Positions 59,488 to 64,000 of a stretch of DNA of 64,000 nt are shown here, in pieces. Position 1 is the first letter of the stretch. Each line of letters begins with the position of its first letter. The notes beneath the pieces were generated by a model. That model ran no database searches. It saw only the letters and a program-made list of their open reading frames with translations, and had not been told where the DNA came from. Origin of the DNA: an uncultured bacterium (GTDB lineage: Bacteria > Bacteroidota > Bacteroidia > J057 > JADKCL01); assembly GCA_963923035.1 (NCBI GenBank), contig CAWUKT010000009.1, positions 64,163 to 128,162 on the forward strand, in the 5' to 3' direction. The translations under genes were made by a program, and so were the position numbers.

Positions 59488-60057
59488 ATGCCCGAGTGGT
59501 TCCAAACCAAGGTGAAATTTCTCAAGCAGATGGACAATGGCCTGATCAAGCGGGTCTCGGAAACCTATCTGGTGGACGCAATGAGCTTTACTGAGGCGGA
59601 GGCCCGGATTTTGATGGAGGTGCAGGACGATCAGCGGGAGGTGACCATGATGAGCATGTCCAAGAGCAATATCAAGGAGGTGGTCTTCTACGGAGATACG
59701 GAGCTGTGGCACAAGGCAAAAGTGACTTATCTGGTGGCGGATGAGGAGACGGAGAAGGAAAAAAAGGTCACGACCTATCTGTTGGTGAATTCGGAGAATG
59801 TAATGGAGGCCTACGAACGGACCCAGGAGCACCTGAAAGAGATGCTGGTGCCGTTTCGGGTACCCAAGATCGAGGAAACTGCTTTCGTAGAAGTGTTTCC
59901 GTTTCAGGCCGGATTCCGGCCTGGCCTCCGCAAGGCAACGGCGGAGGACTATCCCGACGAGCCCGTCGAGGATGCAGGTTTAGGGGGCGATGACGCCCCG
60001 TCGTACCTGCCGCCCATCCAACCCAAGGAAGATTTCACCGTCGGAGAAGAGGAATAG
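59488..60057 (+). CDS. DUF4494 domain-containing protein with acidic C-terminal extension
   Basis: MPEWFQTKVKFLKQMDNGLIKRVSETYLVDAMSFTEAEARI.. is the DUF4494 pattern. ATG 59488 chosen inside the ORF that starts at 59284. Confidence 0.8.
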   Translation: MPEWFQTKVKFLKQMDNGLIKRVSETYLVDAMSFTEAEARILMEVQDDQREVTMMSMSKSNIKEVVFYGDTELWHKAKVTYLVADEETEKEKKVTTYLLVNSENVMEAYERTQEHLKEMLVPFRVPKIEETAFVEVFPFQAGFRPGLRKATAEDYPDEPVEDAGLGGDDAPSYLPPIQPKEDFTVGEEE

Positions 60058-60076
60058 GGCCACCTGCCCATGAGTG

Positions 60077-60138
60077 AATGTGCAAATTTCAGGAGCCTGC
60101 CCGCCATAGGAGAAGCAGTCCCTTTTGATTTGCACATT
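60077..60138 (+). repeat. Long imperfect palindrome with AATGTGCAAAT / ATTTGCACATT terminal arms (possible terminator)
   Basis: 11-bp perfect arms at 60077-60087 and 60128-60138 are separated by 40 nt with partial internal pairing, followed by TTTCAAATT. The arm sequence is the same as in the fahA terminator. Confidence 0.5.
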
Positions 60139-60172
60139 TTCAAATTCCCCCATTTGCTAATTTAGAATTCGC

Positions 60173-61417
60173 ATGAATTCTCCTTCCATATTCCAAAAAG
60201 TCAGCTATGCCGGCCTGTTGATGGCCATGGCGGGGATTGCGACGTCGCCGGCCGTCCTGAGCATTGGGACGGTAGTGATGATCTTGCCCGCGGTGGTGTC
60301 GATGTCGCCAAAGGCGCAGTGGGGGAGGATTCGGAAGGACCCCGGCGCCGGAATTTTGGCGTTGTTGGCAGTGGTCATGGCCCTGTCGTGGTTCTGGACG
60401 GAAGACCAGGAGCGCTGGATGAACATGGTCCGCGTCAAATTGCCGCTGTTTTTCGGGCTGTACAGCCTAATGGTGCTGGGCCCGTTTCCGAAGCGGTGGA
60501 TCAAAATCGCTATGATGGTCCTGACCCTGGCCGCCTTTGTAACCGGCTTCGCCACGGTCATCGATTATTTGCTGCACCGGGAACAAATCGAGATGCAAAT
60601 CCAGGTGTCCAAGCCGATGCACCTGGTCTTTGACATCAACCACATCTATTTCAGCATCACGATGGCCTTCACCGTCTTCGCCGGCATTTGGGTGGGGCGT
60701 TCGAAGAACTGTGCCCTTCATCCGGTCGAGCGACCGGTGATGCTGGGCCTGGCCCTGGCGAACATGGCCATCATGCATGTCCTGACCGCCCGGACAGGAC
60801 TGCTGGCATTCTACATCGCCGCGCTCCTCCTGGGGCTGTGGTACCTCCTCAACCAACGGAAATACCTGCTGGCCGTTCTGATGGTCGTGGGGATTACGGC
60901 CTTGCCAGTCGCCGGTTATTTCTCTGTGAGCTCATTCCGTCACCGCGTGGACAATACGTTCATGGACCTCAACAAGTACTTTAATGACGACGATCCCAAT
61001 TACCTTTCGATTGGGATGCGGTTTGAGAGCTGGAAAGCGGCTTTGCACCTGTTCGAAGAGCACCCCGCCGTCGGGGTAGGAATGGGCGATCTCCAGTACG
61101 AAATGGACCGCCAGTACCTCAAGGAAGACACCAACCTGACCGATGAGAATTTCCTGCTTCCCCACAATCAGGTCATCCAGACAATGGCGGGCTTGGGGAT
61201 TCTGGGCCTGTTACCGTTGGTAATCGGATGGTTCTACCCGTTGGTGGTCCGGCCCAAGGAAAAGCACTGGCTGTTTTACGCGTTTTGGGTGATTTTGGGC
61301 TTCGGGATGATGGGAGAATCCGTACTGGAGCGCCAGATAGGGGTGATGCTGGTGGTGACGCTGTACATGATGACGCGCTGGATTCCTGTACAGAAAAAGG
61401 AACAAATGAACGACTGA
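60173..61417 (+). CDS. O-antigen ligase (Wzy_C)-family membrane protein
   Basis: About 10 TM segments. A loop IGMRFESWKAALHLFEEHPAVGVGMGDL followed by LPHNQVIQTMAGLGILG is typical of the O-antigen ligase/polymerase family. Confidence 0.8.
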   Translation: MNSPSIFQKVSYAGLLMAMAGIATSPAVLSIGTVVMILPAVVSMSPKAQWGRIRKDPGAGILALLAVVMALSWFWTEDQERWMNMVRVKLPLFFGLYSLMVLGPFPKRWIKIAMMVLTLAAFVTGFATVIDYLLHREQIEMQIQVSKPMHLVFDINHIYFSITMAFTVFAGIWVGRSKNCALHPVERPVMLGLALANMAIMHVLTARTGLLAFYIAALLLGLWYLLNQRKYLLAVLMVVGITALPVAGYFSVSSFRHRVDNTFMDLNKYFNDDDPNYLSIGMRFESWKAALHLFEEHPAVGVGMGDLQYEMDRQYLKEDTNLTDENFLLPHNQVIQTMAGLGILGLLPLVIGWFYPLVVRPKEKHWLFYAFWVILGFGMMGESVLERQIGVMLVVTLYMMTRWIPVQKKEQMND

Positions 61418-61485
61418 TTGGGGAGAACAGGCCTTGAAAACCCGGTAGCGAATGCAATAATTTGCATTGTAATTCGCTAGAGTTT

Positions 61486-62466
61486 ATGATGAAAATGCGG
61501 TTTTGGAAAATTAGTTTGATGGTGGCCTTGGGAATCTCCGGGCCGACCACATACGCCCTTGCGAATCAGGGAGGTAGCCAATGGGAAATTCGTCAGAACG
61601 ATCCCCGGAAGCATACCGTCCAGAAGGGAGAAACGCTGTACGCCATTTCCCGGATGTACAATGTGACGGTAGATGAGATTACCAATTGGAATGCACTTGA
61701 TGGGACCGGTTTGTCCATTGGGCAAGTGTTGATTGTTTCTCCTCCCGAACAGGCTCCAACGCCGCCTCCACCCCCCAAAGTTGAAAAAGTAGAAACTGAA
61801 ACTAAGGAAGTAGTTTCCACGCCCCCGGTTTCTGACGGTGCCAAAGAGCACACGGTTGGGGCAGGGGAGACGCTTTACAGCATCGCCCGGCAGTACGACA
61901 TGAGCGTAGGTGAAATCAAGCGCCTCAATCAGCTCACGGACGCCAGCATTTCGATTGGCCAGAAACTGAAATTGTCAGAAGGGTACCGCAAGCCCATCTC
62001 AGTCAAAGAAGAAGCGACTCCGGCCAATCCTAACCAGGGCGTCAGCCTGATGACCATGATCAAGGATACCGTCGAAGAGGATCCCGAAGAGAACGTGGAA
62101 GTGGAAATGGACGTCCTGAAAGTGGACAGCAAAGTCGAAATCGCGCCGGACGCATTGGTGGAAAACTATACCGATGACAACGGAAAGCGCTTCAAGCGGG
62201 TCACCGAGCGGGGAACAGCCGGCCAAATCGCCGATTTCTCCACCGACCAAACCAAATTCTACGCCTTCCACAAATACCTGCCGGTCGGCTCTTACATCCG
62301 GGTAGATTACCCCGACCGGAGCCAATCCATCTTGTGCGAAGTGCGCAGCAGCATCTCCAAAGACGACGACAACGTCGTCCTCCTCACTGCCAAATGCCTT
62401 GAGTATTTGCGCATGAATGAGCCGGGAGAAAAGGTGATCCTGCGGTACGTCGTACCCATCAAATAA
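61486..62466 (+). CDS. LysM peptidoglycan-binding protein (2 LysM) with C-terminal barrel-like domain
   Basis: Signal peptide. LysM units HTVQKGETLYAISRMYNVTVDEITNWNAL and HTVGAGETLYSIARQYDMSVGEIKRLNQL. The C-terminus YLPVGSYIRVDYPDRSQSILCEVRS is RlpA/DPBB-like. Confidence 0.85.
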   Translation: MMKMRFWKISLMVALGISGPTTYALANQGGSQWEIRQNDPRKHTVQKGETLYAISRMYNVTVDEITNWNALDGTGLSIGQVLIVSPPEQAPTPPPPPKVEKVETETKEVVSTPPVSDGAKEHTVGAGETLYSIARQYDMSVGEIKRLNQLTDASISIGQKLKLSEGYRKPISVKEEATPANPNQGVSLMTMIKDTVEEDPEENVEVEMDVLKVDSKVEIAPDALVENYTDDNGKRFKRVTERGTAGQIADFSTDQTKFYAFHKYLPVGSYIRVDYPDRSQSILCEVRSSISKDDDNVVLLTAKCLEYLRMNEPGEKVILRYVVPIK

Positions 62467-62501
62467 GTAGCAGATTAGATTCAAAATAGTTAACGTTCTT
62501 C

Positions 62502-62533
62502 ATTGCCCCGCTGTGCTGCGGGGCAATTTTTTT
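62502..62533 (+). terminator. Intrinsic terminator
   Basis: attgccccgc/gcggggcaat forms a perfect 10-bp stem with a 6-nt loop, followed by TTTTTTT. Confidence 0.8.
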
Positions 62534-62685
62534 GAGCCCTGCCGAGTCATGATCGCCAAATAATCTTTGGAGAAAGCCCGAAAACGGCGTGGGGAACCAA
62601 TTCATTGTGGGTTTTGATTTGGGGAGTGGATTCGCAGGGATTTATTGCTAAATTGGCATCCTCAATCTTTACTGCAGCTATCTCT

Positions 62686-64000
62686 ATGTGGCTCAATAAT
62701 ATTCTTGAAACCATGGGCGGGACCCCGCTCATCAAACTCAACAACGTCGCTTCGCACATCCGGGGAACAGTCCTCGTCAAAGTTGAGTATTTCAATCCTG
62801 GCAATTCGATCAAGGACCGCATCGCCCTCAACATGGTCGAGGATGCCGAGCGGAAAGGCTTGCTCAAGCCCGGCGGGACCATCATCGAAGGCACCTCCGG
62901 CAATACCGGCATGGGCCTGGCCCTCGTCGCGGCCGTCAAGGGCTACCGGTGTATCTTCACCATGCCCGATAAGCAGAGCAAGGAAAAGATTGACATCCTG
63001 CGGGCCATGGGCGCCGAAGTGGTGGTCACGCCGACCGCCGTGGAGCCCGATGATCCCCGTTCCTACTATTCCGTGGCCAAGCGCCTCGCCTCCGAAATCC
63101 CCAATTCCTACTACCCGAACCAGTACGACAACCTCTCCAACCGCGAGACCCACGTCAAAACCACCGGTCCGGAGATTTGGGAGCAGACCGAAGGAAAAAT
63201 CACCCATTTTGCGGCTGGAATGGGCACCTGTGGCACCATCACCGGTTGCTCCAGCTACCTCAAATCGCAGAATCCCGACCTGATCACGGTCGGCATCGAT
63301 ACCTACGGTTCCACCCTGAAAGCCTACCAGGAAACGGGTGAAATCGACGACGACGAAATTTACAGCTACCTCACCGAAGGCATTGGCGAGGACATCATTC
63401 CGGATAACCTGGACATCGGCGTGGTCGACCACGTCGTGAAGGTGACCGACAAGGATGGCGCCCTCATGTCCCGCAAATTGGCGCGTCTGGAAGGCCTCTT
63501 CATCGGCTGGAGCTGCGGCTCGGCGGTGCAAGGCGCGCTGGATTACGCCCGTGAGCACCTGGGCCCCGATGACATCATGGTCATCATCCTGCCCGACCAC
63601 GGCACCCGCTACCTCGGCAAGGTCTACAACGACAACTGGATGAAGGACCACCACTTCCTTGAAAAGGGCAATATGCTCACCGCCAAGGAAATTGTGGAGC
63701 AGAAAGGCGCTCCCCAGCCACTCATTGTCCTGCATCCTGATCAGACCCTGGCCGACGCCATCTCGTTGATGAAGGACCACAGCTTTACCCAGATTCCCGT
63801 TGTGGCCGATGGCGAAGTGGTGGGCACCATCACCGAATCCCGCGTCCTCGACACCATCCTCGACGATCCGAGCCTCAAGGACTCGCCCATTTCACACTCC
63901 ATGAGCGATCCCTTCCCCTTCGTCCTCCCGTCCACCCGCATCGACGTCATCTCCAAGATGATCAACCGCGATGTCCCGGCCGTCATGGTCAAAGGCGAAG
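62686..64000 (+). CDS. Cystathionine beta-synthase-type PLP enzyme (cysteine synthase fold plus C-terminal CBS pair); 3' end runs off the window
   Basis: Absent from the ORF track (no stop in window). My translation from ATG 62686 gives MWLNNILETMGGTPLIKLNNV..VKVEYFNPGNSIKDRIAL..GTSGNTGMGLALVAAVKGY.., and later ..LIVLHPDQTLADAISLMKDHSFTQIPVVADGEVVGTITE (CBS domain). Confidence 0.85.
   Translation, partial: MWLNNILETMGGTPLIKLNNVASHIRGTVLVKVEYFNPGNSIKDRIALNMVEDAERKGLLKPGGTIIEGTSGNTGMGLALVAAVKGYRCIFTMPDKQSKEKIDILRAMGAEVVVTPTAVEPDDPRSYYSVAKRLASEIPNSYYPNQYDNLSNRETHVKTTGPEIWEQTEGKITHFAAGMGTCGTITGCSSYLKSQNPDLITVGIDTYGSTLKAYQETGEIDDDEIYSYLTEGIGEDIIPDNLDIGVVDHVVKVTDKDGALMSRKLARLEGLFIGWSCGSAVQGALDYAREHLGPDDIMVIILPDHGTRYLGKVYNDNWMKDHHFLEKGNMLTAKEIVEQKGAPQPLIVLHPDQTLADAISLMKDHSFTQIPVVADGEVVGTITESRVLDTILDDPSLKDSPISHSMSDPFPFVLPSTRIDVISKMINRDVPAVMVKGE

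Overview
This 64 kb chromosomal window has about 55-58% GC and looks like Bacteroidota. Supporting signs are three cargo proteins with type IX secretion (T9SS) C-terminal sorting domains, an ECF-sigma/FecR/STN module, bshC, a TonB-dependent receptor, and little sign of Shine-Dalgarno sites. It is gene-dense, with about 50 supported CDS.

The window includes dnaA, flanked by two perfect DnaA boxes and an AT-rich candidate oriC. It also holds a mutA-mutB-meaB methylmalonyl-CoA mutase operon and housekeeping genes (rimO, bshC, ftsE, fahA, nfi, and a partial cystathionine beta-synthase). I found no rRNA, tRNA, CRISPR array, transposase or integrase.

Features most worth follow-up:
1. An 843-aa fusion of an MJ1316/DUF504-like domain, a 2H phosphoesterase and a poly(A)-polymerase-like nucleotidyltransferase, abutting endonuclease V.
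2. An ECF-sigma/FecR pair whose STN-domain partner is not a TonB-dependent transporter but a 13-copy, 16-residue-repeat outer-membrane protein.
3. Two orphan proteins sharing a disordered P-[VL]-Q-[RL] N-terminal leader. One has Tiki/ChaN/EreA-like GxxH motifs and sits in a small AT-richer island of uncharacterised genes.
4. A HIGH-nucleotidyltransferase-like/SAM-methyltransferase fusion.
5. A recurring AATGTGCAAA...TTTGCACATT inverted repeat.

All functional calls come from motif recognition by eye on the translations. No database search was run.
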